From the NCBI GenBank assembly GCA_900538575.1, contig UPZA01000009.1, positions 27,804 through 91,803 of the forward strand: a DNA stretch of 64,000 bases. The letters run 5' to 3'. Origin of the DNA: an uncultured Ruminococcus sp. (lineage in GTDB: Bacteria; Bacillota; Clostridia; Oscillospirales; Ruminococcaceae). Of the stretch, positions 38,116-48,656 are shown one piece after another. The first letter of the stretch is position 1; each line of letters begins with the position of its first letter. The notes under the pieces were generated by a model. It made no database searches, was not told the DNA's origin, and saw only the letters and a program-made list of their open reading frames with translations. Made by a program: the position numbers and the translations under genes.

Positions 38116-40230
38116 TTATTGATTATTCTTAGCTTCCAAATCAGCTAAAGCATCTTTTCTTGAAAGGTTAATTCTTCCTTGTTTGTCTATTTCAACTACT
38201 TTTACAAGTATTTCATCTCCGATAGAAACAACATCTTCAACCTTTTCAACTCTGTTCTTTTCAAGCTTAGATATATGAACAAGTCCGTCTTTTCCAGGCG
38301 CAATTTCAACAAATGCTCCGAAGGTCATAAGTCTTACAACCTTGCCTTTATATATTTCTCCAACCTTAGGGCCGTTAGCAATTGTTTGTACTATGGCAAG
38401 AGCCTTATTGCAATTTTCAAGGTCAACTCCGGAAATGAACACATTTCCGTCTTCATTTATATCAATTTTCACATCGCATTCAGAAGTTATCTTCTGAATA
38501 ATTTTGCCGCCCTGACCAATAACTTCTCTTATTTTTTCAACATCGATTTTGGTTTGAATCATTTTAGGCGCATATTTATTAACAGTAGCTCTTGATTCTG
38601 GAATTGCCTTAAGCATAATTTCATCGAGAATATAAAGTCTTGCTTTTCTTGTCTTTTCAAATGCTTCTTTAATTATTTCAGGCGTTAAACCATCAACTTT
38701 GATATCAACCTGAATAGCAGTTATTCCTTTATGAGTGCCTCCCACCTTAAAGTCCATATCTCCGAAAAAGTCTTCCAGCCCCTGAATATCAACCATTGTC
38801 ATGAAATCATCACTGTCCGGCTTGGTAATAAGTCCGCAGGAAATACCTGCAACAGGAGCTTTAATCGGAACACCTGCGTCCATAAGAGCAAGCGTAGAGC
38901 CGCAGATTGAACCTTGTGACGTAGAACCGTTAGAGGAAAGCACCTCTGAAACAAGCCTTATGGCATATGGAAACTCTTCTACAGAAGGCAGTACCGGTTC
39001 CAGGGCTCTCTCAGCGAGTGCACCATGACCTATTTCACGTCTTCCAGGACCTCTGCTTGGTTTAGTTTCACCTACAGAATATGATGGGAAATTATAATGA
39101 TGCATATACCTTTTAGACTCTTCTTCATCAATTCCATCTATGCGCTGTGCATCGCTAACAGGGCCGAGCGTAGCGATTGTTAAAACCTGAGTTTGTCCTC
39201 TTGTAAATAATCCAGAACCATGAACTCTCGGTAATACATTTACTTCTGCAGCTAAAGGTCTTATTTCATCTATTCCTCTTCCGTCAACGCGCTTACCGTC
39301 ATAAAGCCAGTTTCTAACTATTTTTTTCTGAAGCTTGTAAATGCATTCGTCAATCATAGCTTCTTTTTCAGGATATATTTCATCAAATTTTATATGAATA
39401 TCATCCTTGATCGGCTGAAGTCTTTCTTCGCGTACATTTTTATCGTTTGTGTCAAGAGCTATCTTTACTCTGTCTGAAGCGAACTCCTCAATTGCGTCGA
39501 ACATATCATGATCAACTTCCTGAGATTCAAATTCAAACTTCTTTTTACCTATTTGTGATTTAATATCATTTATAAATGCTACTATTTTTTTTATTTCATC
39601 ATGACCTTTTATAATAGCGTCAAGCATAATATCGTCCTGTACCTGATTAGCTCCGGCTTCAATCATAACTATTTTTTCAGCAGAACCGGCAACAGTAAGA
39701 TTTAAATCAGTTTTTTCTCTTTGTTCAAGCGTAGGATTAAGGACTATTTCACCGTTTACAAGTCCAACGCTTATACCGGCAATCGGACCGTTCCATGGTA
39801 TATCAGAAATAGAGAGAGCTATAGAGGTTGCAATCATACCTGTAATTTCCGGAGAACAATCAGGATCAACTGCAAGAACTGTCATTACAACTGAAACATC
39901 ATTTCTCATATCCTTTGGAAAAAGCGGTCTTATCGGTCGGTCAACCATTCTTGAAGTAAGAATTGCCTTTTCAGACGGTTTCCCTTCTCTTTTAGTAAAC
40001 GAGCCGGGTATTTTACCAACTGAGTATAAGCGTTCCTCATAATCAACTGAAAGCGGGAAAAAGTCAATACCTTCCCTTGGCTTAACGCTTGCCGTAACAT
40101 TTGCCATTACAACTGTCTCGCCATAATGCACCCAGCAAGAACCATTAGAAAGTTCGCAGGTCTTACCTGTTTCAACCATAAGTTCTCTGCCGGCAAACTG
40201 CGTTTTAAAAGTTTTATAATTTTCGAACAT
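38116..40230 (-). CDS. pnp: Polyribonucleotide nucleotidyltransferase (PNPase)
   Basis: Two RNase PH domains, KH and S1 domains; 704 aa; downstream of rpsO as in most bacteria. Confidence 0.95.
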   Translation of the reverse strand: MFENYKTFKTQFAGRELMVETGKTCELSNGSCWVHYGETVVMANVTASVKPREGIDFFPLSVDYEERLYSVGKIPGSFTKREGKPSEKAILTSRMVDRPIRPLFPKDMRNDVSVVMTVLAVDPDCSPEITGMIATSIALSISDIPWNGPIAGISVGLVNGEIVLNPTLEQREKTDLNLTVAGSAEKIVMIEAGANQVQDDIMLDAIIKGHDEIKKIVAFINDIKSQIGKKKFEFESQEVDHDMFDAIEEFASDRVKIALDTNDKNVREERLQPIKDDIHIKFDEIYPEKEAMIDECIYKLQKKIVRNWLYDGKRVDGRGIDEIRPLAAEVNVLPRVHGSGLFTRGQTQVLTIATLGPVSDAQRIDGIDEEESKRYMHHYNFPSYSVGETKPSRGPGRREIGHGALAERALEPVLPSVEEFPYAIRLVSEVLSSNGSTSQGSICGSTLALMDAGVPIKAPVAGISCGLITKPDSDDFMTMVDIQGLEDFFGDMDFKVGGTHKGITAIQVDIKVDGLTPEIIKEAFEKTRKARLYILDEIMLKAIPESRATVNKYAPKMIQTKIDVEKIREVIGQGGKIIQKITSECDVKIDINEDGNVFISGVDLENCNKALAIVQTIANGPKVGEIYKGKVVRLMTFGAFVEIAPGKDGLVHISKLEKNRVEKVEDVVSIGDEILVKVVEIDKQGRINLSRKDALADLEAKNNQ

Positions 40231-40339
40231 AAACTGCCTCCTGTTTCAGTAGCAGCTTTAGCAATAAACCCTGAACCTTATAAAAATAAGGTTTACGATT
40301 TAATGCTAAAATAACCACTACTGTATTAATTTTAAATTC

Positions 40340-40385
40340 ATTTAGATAAAAAGGCAGAAAGGATTTCTCCCGACTGCCTTTCAAA
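40340..40385 (-). terminator. Hairpin terminator/attenuator between rpsO and pnp
   Basis: AAAGGCAG...CTGCCTTT 8-bp stem followed by UUUUA on the minus transcript; this is the classic site of pnp leader processing and autoregulation. Confidence 0.5.
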
Positions 40386-40392
40386 TAAAGGA

Positions 40393-40659
40393 TTACTTAC
40401 GGATTCCAAGCTTTTCAATAATTGCTCGGTATCTGTTAATATCCTTTTTCTTAAGATAATTAAGAAGATTACGTCTGTGACCTACCATCTTAAGAAGACC
40501 TCTTCTGGAATGATGATCCTTCTTGTGAATCTTCAGGTGTTCAGTTAAGTCGTTTATTCTTTTTGTAAGAATAGCGATCTGAACCTCCGGAGAACCGGTA
40601 TCATTCTCGTGAGTCTTGTTTGCTTCAATAACAGCTGTTTTTTCTTCTTTCAGTAACAT
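40393..40659 (-). CDS. rpsO: 30S ribosomal protein S15
   Basis: 88 aa; [48 protein letters not shown] conserved S15 sequence. Confidence 0.95.
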   Translation of the reverse strand: MLLKEEKTAVIEANKTHENDTGSPEVQIAILTKRINDLTEHLKIHKKDHHSRRGLLKMVGHRRNLLNYLKKKDINRYRAIIEKLGIRK

Positions 40660-40800
40660 GTTTTCACCTCTTTAATTATTTTCCTATGTCATAGTAAAAG
40701 GCAGGTAAACTCCGTATTAGGCTTAACCCTTAAACCATGCGCATGGACGATTAATATTATAACATATTTTTATTATATTGTAAAGGGATTTTATAAAAAT

Positions 40801-41718
40801 CTAAGATATTATTTTTCCTTTTTTAGATTTTTTCTTCTTTTCAATAGGCTTTTCTTTACCGCCTTTATCCTCAAATAATACCTCGTTATCATTTTCAGAA
40901 ATAATTAGTTCAGGGTTTATCTCGCCTCTTTGTTCATAAAATGGGTTAATAACATATTTCTGAATTATAGGGTAAGAATTGAAGCAAATAATAAATGCAA
41001 GAATAGACGCAGGAACAAAAGGAAGAAATAGAATAAAATTCAAATTAATTAATATTAAAATTATAAATATTGCTATAATAACAGATGTAGAAAGTAAAGT
41101 TATCAGGTTTTTTTTCAATGCAACACATGCTAATGCTAACGAATTTTTTATTATATTTTTAAATGATATATCTGTTGCTACAATCATAAGAAAAGCATAA
41201 TAATTCATCATTATCACGACTAACGCTATGCTTATGCTAATAATAAAAGGTATCATTAAAAGTTGGTTTCCATAAGCTTCAGAAAGCTTAGGGTAAACAT
41301 AAACGGCCGATCCGATAGATACGGCAATGATTAAATCCAATAAACCAAGGATAAAAGACTTTTTGTAATTTTTAGAAAACGCTTCTTTAAAATCCGTTAA
41401 TATAAATGAATGCCTTTCAAGTGTATAATTACGAAGAATTTTCATCATACCCGCAGTTGCCGGTCCGAATACTGCCGCAAAAGCACATAAACATATTATA
41501 ATTATAATAGCTGCAATTTTAGAGTTTGAAACCCTTAAAAAAGCATAACCGGCAAGCAAAATTGGAATAAAAAAAACTGAATATAGCATATTGACCTGAA
41601 TAAGTTTCCAAAACTTTCTGAATAAAAGTTCAAAAAATCTGAAAACACCTTTCTTTTTTGGAGCGTTTTTTGGTATGCCCACTCCCGCGCTTTCATAATC
41701 CGAACCGAAAATTCCCAT
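40801..41718 (-). CDS. Polytopic membrane protein, DUF624/YesL-like (hypothetical)
   Basis: N-terminal FRFFELLFRKFWKLIQVNMLY motif, 5-6 TM helices, Lys-rich tail. Confidence 0.45.
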   Translation of the reverse strand: MGIFGSDYESAGVGIPKNAPKKKGVFRFFELLFRKFWKLIQVNMLYSVFFIPILLAGYAFLRVSNSKIAAIIIIICLCAFAAVFGPATAGMMKILRNYTLERHSFILTDFKEAFSKNYKKSFILGLLDLIIAVSIGSAVYVYPKLSEAYGNQLLMIPFIISISIALVVIMMNYYAFLMIVATDISFKNIIKNSLALACVALKKNLITLLSTSVIIAIFIILILINLNFILFLPFVPASILAFIICFNSYPIIQKYVINPFYEQRGEINPELIISENDNEVLFEDKGGKEKPIEKKKKSKKGKIIS

Positions 41719-41738
41719 TAATATTTACACTCCTTGTT

Positions 41739-42359
41739 TTAAGGCTTCAAAAGCAAGCCTGTAAAAATATATGTAATTGTACAATCTAAAACCGAGCTGA
41801 GTAATGCAAATGCCGCAAGAACCACAAACTTAATTATGTAAAGCTTTATTTCAACTCTTTGTTCATTATCTTTATCTTTTCCGAAAGCAAAATTTAATAT
41901 GGTATTCGACGATTTTATTGATTCACGCGCTCCTAAAACAAGTATAAACATGCTAAACAGCAAAACCGGAAGCAGCATTATAAGTATAATAAAAAAACCT
42001 TTTATACCATAATTAATATATATTAATGCTGCCGAAATTCCGCCGGCAATTCCTCTATGAAAAAGAGTAAGTATACAAAGAGGCTGTCCAAAGGCAAATA
42101 AACCGCAGATGGCCTGAATCGAAAGAGTGAACAAAAGCGGTAGAAATGAGTCGGAAAAAACTTTAATTATAGATCTTTCGGTAGTGCTTTTTATTAAATG
42201 CTGATTTATGAATTCGGACGCTATAAAACGGCTTTCATTATCCTTTATAACAAATATCGTACCTGCAATAATTCCTGAAAACATAAAAAGCATTAAAACT
42301 CCAATAAACAATCTTCTTTTTTCAGAAACGGTCATATCAGCAGCGGCTGTAATTTTCAT
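41739..42359 (-). CDS. SpoIIM-like (stage II sporulation protein M family) membrane protein
   Basis: About 206 aa with 5 TM helices and a loop organisation resembling SpoIIM/DUF95; weak. Confidence 0.4.
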   Translation of the reverse strand: MKITAAADMTVSEKRRLFIGVLMLFMFSGIIAGTIFVIKDNESRFIASEFINQHLIKSTTERSIIKVFSDSFLPLLFTLSIQAICGLFAFGQPLCILTLFHRGIAGGISAALIYINYGIKGFFIILIMLLPVLLFSMFILVLGARESIKSSNTILNFAFGKDKDNEQRVEIKLYIIKFVVLAAFALLSSVLDCTITYIFTGLLLKP

Positions 42360-42433
42360 AATACATCATTCCTTTTCTTTGGCAAAGCCTTTTTTAAAAA
42401 GGATATGCTGTATGACCGAAAATTATACTTAAC

Positions 42434-43240
42434 TCAGTCAGCAAGCTCGTATGCACGCTTTGTACACGCATCACAAGCCTCGTCAACTGCTTTAAGCAGA
42501 TTATTATCATATAGCTTTTGAAGACCGGCTAATGTTGTGCCTCCTGGTGAAGATACCATTTTTATGAGCTCGCCAATATCATATTCAGATTCCATTATCA
42601 TTTTTGAAGAGCCTATTAAACTCTGGCAGAATAATGCTTTTGCCGCTCCTTCGTCTATACCGTTTTTTACAGCATTATCAATGAAACCTTTAGCAAAAAG
42701 GTAAATGAAAGCCGGACTGCTTCCGTTTACGGCAATTATTTCTTTCATTTTATTTTCAGGGATAACTTTAATCTTTCCGCAAGCTTCAAAAACTCTGCAT
42801 ACAAAGTCAAACTGTTTTTCGGAGGCAGAATTGCTTTCTGCGATTGCTGTCGCTCCCTCTCCAAGAAGCAAAGGTGTGTTAGGCATTGCCAAAATTACTC
42901 TTACGCTGTAGTCTTCAAGAGAATTTCTAATATAATCGGAAGAAATTCCTGCTGCAATTGAAACAAATACCATTCTTTCCTTAACATAGTCTTTAACCGA
43001 TTTTAAAGTGTTTTCCAAAGACTGAGGTTTAACCGCCAAAAATACAATATCACATTCTTTAACAACTTCAGCGGCGTCATTGCATTTTATTACGTCAAAG
43101 CCTGACAAGGCATCAACCTTCGACTCGTCAGGATCAAAAGCATAAATTTCAATATCCCACCTTAATTCGCTGAAGGCGACGCCTTTCATTATTGCGCTCC
43201 CCATATTACCCGCACCTAAAAAGCCGATTTTTCTTTTCAT
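42434..43240 (-). CDS. proC: Pyrroline-5-carboxylate reductase
   Basis: Rossmann KIGFLGAGNMGSAI; start set at MKRK (GGAGGA upstream) rather than the track's MEEK start 12 nt further. Confidence 0.85.
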   Translation of the reverse strand: MKRKIGFLGAGNMGSAIMKGVAFSELRWDIEIYAFDPDESKVDALSGFDVIKCNDAAEVVKECDIVFLAVKPQSLENTLKSVKDYVKERMVFVSIAAGISSDYIRNSLEDYSVRVILAMPNTPLLLGEGATAIAESNSASEKQFDFVCRVFEACGKIKVIPENKMKEIIAVNGSSPAFIYLFAKGFIDNAVKNGIDEGAAKALFCQSLIGSSKMIMESEYDIGELIKMVSSPGGTTLAGLQKLYDNNLLKAVDEACDACTKRAYELAD

Positions 43241-43269
43241 TTTTTCCTCCATTCATAATTATTATCATT

Positions 43270-43325
43270 TTATTTTTGCAAAAAATCACTTGTCAGTTAA
43301 AAATATTACTAACAAGTGATTTAAA
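43270..43325 (-). terminator. Terminator after folT
   Basis: AATCACTTGT / ACAAGTGATT 10-bp stem, U6 on the minus transcript. Confidence 0.6.
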
Positions 43326-43332
43326 CAATTAC

Positions 43333-43917
43333 TTATTTAACTAATATATCTTTTTTTCCGAAAACTCGTTTGTAAACATACATAACAGTAGGCAGAACAG
43401 CAGACATCAATATTACGTCAACCGGAAGCTGAATAGCATTTTTTAATAATCTTGCAGGCATAAGTCCCCAAAACGACTGCCCCCATAGAACGCTTAAAAA
43501 ATATGAGTTCATAAGAAGATTGCATATTACTGCTATCATGGCCTTTGCTATAATACACTTAAATACAAAATATTTGTTTAAATCAGCCTTGTATAGAATT
43601 AATCCATAAATAATACCGCCCGTAATCTGCACTAATGTAAATCCGGGATGATATGCCCCTCCGGTTTTATTGGCAAGAAGAAAACCAAGAATGTCAGTTA
43701 TTGCGCCTGCCATTGCGGCCGGTACCGGTCCAAAAAGCATACCTATTGCGGCAAGAGCCAGAAAACTGAATGATATTTTTATGTATTCACCCACTGGAAT
43801 CATTATAAATACACCAAGAAGAACATGTATAGCTATAAGCATGCCCGTCATGACAATACATTTGATATCTGTCAGTTCCTTTGCTGAATCGCGTACCATT
43901 GAAATAAACCTTTTCAT
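43333..43917 (-). CDS. folT: ECF transporter S component, folate family (FolT-like)
   Basis: 194 aa, 5-6 TM helices, S-component fold; preceded by a THF riboswitch-like leader. Confidence 0.65.
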   Translation of the reverse strand: MKRFISMVRDSAKELTDIKCIVMTGMLIAIHVLLGVFIMIPVGEYIKISFSFLALAAIGMLFGPVPAAMAGAITDILGFLLANKTGGAYHPGFTLVQITGGIIYGLILYKADLNKYFVFKCIIAKAMIAVICNLLMNSYFLSVLWGQSFWGLMPARLLKNAIQLPVDVILMSAVLPTVMYVYKRVFGKKDILVK

Positions 43918-43929
43918 AAAAACCTCCTA

Positions 43930-44080
43930 AAAATTGTGCTGATTTGCACAAAGAAGCCGTTTATGAAAAGGCGCTTTATGCATACAGCGGGATGCGAAAA
44001 CTATACCGCAAGCTTTTTGTGCTTTTCGTTCCAACAGCAACTCCCCGTCTGTCGGCCACTTTACGCATAGTTTTCTACTC
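43930..44080 (-). ncRNA. THF (tetrahydrofolate) riboswitch with terminator/RBS-proximal expression platform
   Basis: Minus-strand RNA cAGAGUAG..UGCGUAAAGUGGCCGAC..CGGGGAGUUGC..CGAAA..GCGGU..CGCAUCCCGCUGUAUGC matches the conserved THF (folT) motif (AGAGUAG, CGCGUUAAGUG-like, CGAA, GCAUCCGCU-like 3' strand pairing with the 5' end); GC-rich island in AT-rich DNA; followed by a UUGUGC/GCACAA hairpin plus U5 that abuts the AGGAGG RBS. Confidence 0.6.
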
Positions 44081-44103
44081 TGATGCCTATATTCGTATAA
44101 TTA

Positions 44104-45066
44104 TTAAAATGCAATTTCATCTGCTATATGATATAAATCTTCCTCAAAAGGTTTTTTCATGGAAAGAGCTTCCTGAATGTCATAATCCACGATTTTATTA
44201 TTTTGCATTCCGACAACTCTGTTTCCAATACCCTGTGAGAGCAGATTAACTGCATAATAACCCATTTGACTTGCAACAACTCTGTCTCTTACAGTAGGAG
44301 AACCGCCCCTCTGAACATGACCGAGAATAGTAGTTCTGGCTTCAATTCCAGTCTTTTCCTGAAGAGTTCTTGCAATTTCATCCGAATGACCAACGCCCTC
44401 GGAAACTATTATAATAAAATGCTGCTTACCTGTTTTTCTGGATTCAAGCATTTTCTTTGCGATTACGTCAAGATCATAAGGAACCTCGCTTGTAATAACA
44501 TACGTAGCTCCGCAAGCCACGCCGGTATTAACGGCAATAAAGCCTGCTCCCCTGCCCATAACCTCAACTACGCTGCATCTGTCGTGAGACTGAGCGGTAT
44601 CTCTGAGCTTATCAACCATTTCCATTGCTGTATTCATGGCCGTATCGTAGCCTATTGTATATTCTGTACATGAAATATCATTATCTATAGTACCCGGAAG
44701 ACCGACACAGAGTATACCCTTTGCTGAAAGATCAGCAGCTCCTCTGAACGAACCGTCTCCGCCAATTACTACAATACCTTCCAACCCCAGTTCTTTGCAC
44801 TTATCCTTAGCTTTATTAACGCCCTCTTCAGTTCTGAATTCAGGACATCTGGCGGTATAAAGCATTGTTCCGCCTCTTTGAATTATATCAGAAACGCTTC
44901 TTTCATTCATTTCTATAACGTCTCCGTTAATAAGTCCATTATATCCTCTGCGGATGCCGTAAACCTGCATACCCATTCTTATAGCGGCTCTTGTTACTGC
45001 CCGAACAGCAGCATTCATTCCGGGAGCGTCTCCCCCGCTCGTCAAAACACCAATCTTTTTAAGCAT
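44104..45066 (-). CDS. pfkA: ATP-dependent 6-phosphofructokinase
   Basis: GVLTSGGDAPGMNAA, GGDGS, MGR motifs; 320 aa. Confidence 0.95.
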   Translation of the reverse strand: MLKKIGVLTSGGDAPGMNAAVRAVTRAAIRMGMQVYGIRRGYNGLINGDVIEMNERSVSDIIQRGGTMLYTARCPEFRTEEGVNKAKDKCKELGLEGIVVIGGDGSFRGAADLSAKGILCVGLPGTIDNDISCTEYTIGYDTAMNTAMEMVDKLRDTAQSHDRCSVVEVMGRGAGFIAVNTGVACGATYVITSEVPYDLDVIAKKMLESRKTGKQHFIIIVSEGVGHSDEIARTLQEKTGIEARTTILGHVQRGGSPTVRDRVVASQMGYYAVNLLSQGIGNRVVGMQNNKIVDYDIQEALSMKKPFEEDLYHIADEIAF

Positions 45067-45188
45067 TAAATATAACTCCTATCCGCCTCTTGGCATGTTT
45101 AATTTACCATATACTATTTTACTACATTTAAGATTTTTGTCAAGTGATTTCGAGTAAAATAAAGAAAAAAATATATATAAATTAATTT

Positions 45189-48100
45189 TTAATCAATTAA
45201 TCCTATATTATCACCTGAAACTACTTCTTCAAGTATGCTTATAAGCTCGCTGCAAATTTTAACTCCTTTAACATTTTTCGGTTTAATATATTTTTTTGAA
45301 TCATTTAAATAAAAACATAGCGATATATTTCCCGGGTAATCTTCAGCAGCTTTAATAATTTTTAAAGCTACTTCTTTCTGCGTCCCATTCAGCTTTATAC
45401 AGAGACGCTTTGATTCCGCAATATTCTTAAATTCCGACTTAGAATAAAGATTATTACATATTATGGATGTTTCAAAGGCTTCCTTATTAGATATTTTTCC
45501 GTATATATAAAGAATATCTCCGATTTGTAGTTTATTTTTATATAAATTGTATGCTTCTGGAAACAGTGTGCATGAAATCTGACCGGTTATATCCTGAATA
45601 TTTAGAAAAGCCATTTTTTTCCCGGTAGATGTATAATGTATAGTTATATCGTCTAAAACTCCTATTATTTTTTCTTCAATAGTTTTGTTCAGGTATTTAT
45701 TATTTTTTATTTTTGAAATAGAATTTAATTTCATAAGCTTAGTGTAGATTCTGAATTCATCCAGAGGATGACCTGATATATACATGCCGGTTGACAGTTT
45801 TTCAAATTCAAGCAGATCGTTATATTTATACTCTTCTTGACTTTTAAATTTAAATTTTTGATGAATCCGATTATTTCCATCAGGAAATAAATTCATTTGT
45901 CCTTCAATATTTTTTCTTGTAAAATGTGAATAACTGTCCATAATGTATTCATAATTGGATATCATTTCACGTCTATTTGCACCTAAATTATCAAAGCTTC
46001 CTGATTTTATTAAATTTTCGACTATTATTTTGCTTATATTCAATTCTGATGTTCTTTCACAAAAATTATCAAGAGATTGAAAAACACCATTCTTTTCTCG
46101 CTCTTCTATAATACTTAGTATTATCCCCTTACCTATATTTTTAATTGCGAGAAGTCCATACCTTATACCATTTTCTTCTGCTGTAAATTCAGCATAGCTT
46201 TTATTTATATCCGGCCTTAATATTTTTATTTCATTCTGACGGCATTCTTCTACATATTCGGATAATTTATCAGTATTACCCAGTACACTTGACATAAGCG
46301 CAGCCATATATTCTTTCATATAATGACATTTTAAATATGCCGTCTGATAAGATAAATAAGCATAAGCTGCTGCATGTGACTTATTAAATGCATAAGAGGC
46401 AAATCCGCTCATTTCATCAAAAATCTCATTTGCAGTTTTTTCATTAATACCGTTTGCTATAGCTCCGCAGCATTCTGTAGTACCGTCGTCATTTTTATTG
46501 CCGTATAAAAATATATTACGTTCCTTTTCCATTACATCATGCTTTTTTTTGGCCATTGCGCGTCTTACCAAATCCGCTCTTCCGTAGGAATATCCCGCGG
46601 CAACTCTGCATATTTCCATAACCTGTTCCTGATATACCATACAGCCATAGGTTACATTAAGAATATTTTTTAGAACTGGGTGCTTATAAGTTATTTTATC
46701 AGGATTATGTTTGTTGAATATATACTTTGGTATGGATTCAGAAGGGCCCGGACGGTAAAGCGAAATAATAGCTATAAGATCCTCAAGATTTTCCGGCTTT
46801 AGCTGAATAAGAACCCTTCTCATTCCATCGCTTTCAAACTGGAAAACTCCTGTGGTTTTACCTAAAGACATCATTTTATATACATCTTTATCATTTACAG
46901 AAATTTTATTAATATTAAAATTATTTTCATATCTTTGTATCTGCTCTACACAGTGTTTTATAACAGTAAGATTTCTAAGTCCCAGAAAATCCATTTTAAG
47001 AAGTCCGAGATTTTCAAGAGCTGACATTGTATATTGCGTTACTACGGCGTTTCCGCTTGTTTTTACAGGTACAATATCAGTTATGGGAACGGAAGATATA
47101 ACTACGCCCGCTGCGTGAATAGAATCATTTCTCGGCATTCCTTCAAGCTTAATGGATTCATCAATCAGCTTGTGAGCTGTAGGATTAGTATCATAAAGCT
47201 GTTTTAAATCATCATTTTTTTCAATTGATTTTTCAATAGTAATATTTAAATCCTTTGGTATAAGTGAAGATATGTCATTTCTGAATTTAACTGAAAGGCC
47301 TAAAGCTCTTCCGGTATCTTTTACTGCTGCTCTTGCTTTAAGCGTATCAAACGCTATTATCTGAGAAACACGTTCTGATCCGTATTTATTCACAACATAA
47401 TCTATAACCTGCTGTCTGCCCTCAATGCAAAAGTCTATATCGAAATCAGGCATACTTACTCTTTCAGGATTTAAAAAACGTTCGAACAGGAGGTTATATT
47501 TTATTGGATCTATACCTGTAATTCCAATGCAATAAGCGCATAGACTTCCAGCTCCAGAGCCTCTTCCCGGGCCCACCGGGATGTTATTTTCTTTTGCGTA
47601 TCTTATAAAGTCCCAAACAATAAGAAAATAATCTGTATAGCCCATTTCAACTATTATCTTTATTTCATAGTTAAGACGCTCCCTGATACTTTTATTAATT
47701 GGCTCGTTGTATTTTTCGATTAAACCTGAAAAACACAAATTTTTAAAAAATGATATATTATCCCTTTCTCCATCGGTTTTAAATTCAGGAAGCCTGATTA
47801 CCCCGAATTCAAAGCTTACATTACATTGTTTTGCTATATCGAATGTATTTATGACTGCTTCCGGCATATCTCCGAAAAGCTCGTACATCTGTTTCGTAGA
47901 TTTAATATAAAATTCATCAGTGGGGAATTTAAGCTTATTAGGCTCATATATAGTTTTCTTTAACTGAATACACATCAATATATTTTGAGTTTCTGCGTCG
48001 CTTTTTTCTATATAATGTGAATCATTAGTTGCAGCAAGTGGTATTCCGGTTTCTATTGATAGCTTTTTGAGCATAGGAATTATTTCAATTTCATCTTTTA

Positions 48101-48656
48101 TTCCATGATTTTGAACTTCTAAATAATAATTTCCTTTTCCGTAGATTCGTTCATAATTCAAAGCAGCCTTTTTGGCTGACTCATATTCTCGGTTTATAAG
48201 CTTTTTTGCAATTTCTCCTGCTATACAGCCGGAAAGACATATAAGACCGTCGGAATATTTTTCAAGAATTTCTAAATCAACTCTGGGCTTACTGTAAAAC
48301 CCTTCAGTATAGCTCAATGAAACAAGTTTAATAAGATTTTGATAGCCCTTGTTGTTTTTACATAGTAAAATCAAATGAAACGGACGTGAATCAAGCTTTG
48401 CCTCTTTATCAAAACGTGTTCTTGGCGCTACATATACCTCGCAGCCAATAATCGGCTTAATACCTGCCGCCAAAGCTTCACGATAAAAATCAACTGCTCC
48501 GTACATTACGCCATGATCGGTTACTGCGATTGCAGTCTGACCAAGCTCTTTTACTTTTTTTACAATCTTCTTAATGCGGCAAGCGCCGTCGAGCAGACTG
48601 TATTCACTATGAACATGAAGATGTACGAAGCCGTTTTCAGTTTCCAATATTTTCAC
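45189..48656 (-). CDS. dnaE: DNA polymerase III alpha subunit (DnaE type)
   Basis: N-terminal PHP domain (FVHLHVHSEYSLLDG), polymerase core, OB-fold; 1155 aa; overlaps the whiA 3' end by 20 nt. Confidence 0.95.
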   Translation of the reverse strand: MKILETENGFVHLHVHSEYSLLDGACRIKKIVKKVKELGQTAIAVTDHGVMYGAVDFYREALAAGIKPIIGCEVYVAPRTRFDKEAKLDSRPFHLILLCKNNKGYQNLIKLVSLSYTEGFYSKPRVDLEILEKYSDGLICLSGCIAGEIAKKLINREYESAKKAALNYERIYGKGNYYLEVQNHGIKDEIEIIPMLKKLSIETGIPLAATNDSHYIEKSDAETQNILMCIQLKKTIYEPNKLKFPTDEFYIKSTKQMYELFGDMPEAVINTFDIAKQCNVSFEFGVIRLPEFKTDGERDNISFFKNLCFSGLIEKYNEPINKSIRERLNYEIKIIVEMGYTDYFLIVWDFIRYAKENNIPVGPGRGSGAGSLCAYCIGITGIDPIKYNLLFERFLNPERVSMPDFDIDFCIEGRQQVIDYVVNKYGSERVSQIIAFDTLKARAAVKDTGRALGLSVKFRNDISSLIPKDLNITIEKSIEKNDDLKQLYDTNPTAHKLIDESIKLEGMPRNDSIHAAGVVISSVPITDIVPVKTSGNAVVTQYTMSALENLGLLKMDFLGLRNLTVIKHCVEQIQRYENNFNINKISVNDKDVYKMMSLGKTTGVFQFESDGMRRVLIQLKPENLEDLIAIISLYRPGPSESIPKYIFNKHNPDKITYKHPVLKNILNVTYGCMVYQEQVMEICRVAAGYSYGRADLVRRAMAKKKHDVMEKERNIFLYGNKNDDGTTECCGAIANGINEKTANEIFDEMSGFASYAFNKSHAAAYAYLSYQTAYLKCHYMKEYMAALMSSVLGNTDKLSEYVEECRQNEIKILRPDINKSYAEFTAEENGIRYGLLAIKNIGKGIILSIIEEREKNGVFQSLDNFCERTSELNISKIIVENLIKSGSFDNLGANRREMISNYEYIMDSYSHFTRKNIEGQMNLFPDGNNRIHQKFKFKSQEEYKYNDLLEFEKLSTGMYISGHPLDEFRIYTKLMKLNSISKIKNNKYLNKTIEEKIIGVLDDITIHYTSTGKKMAFLNIQDITGQISCTLFPEAYNLYKNKLQIGDILYIYGKISNKEAFETSIICNNLYSKSEFKNIAESKRLCIKLNGTQKEVALKIIKAAEDYPGNISLCFYLNDSKKYIKPKNVKGVKICSELISILEEVVSGDNIGLID

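Noticed and set aside
43241-43330. Separate promoter for proC overlapping the folT terminator (CTGACA-18-TAAAAT)
   Set aside because: It is plausible but weak, and read-through from folT cannot be distinguished from sequence alone. It is not listed as a feature.
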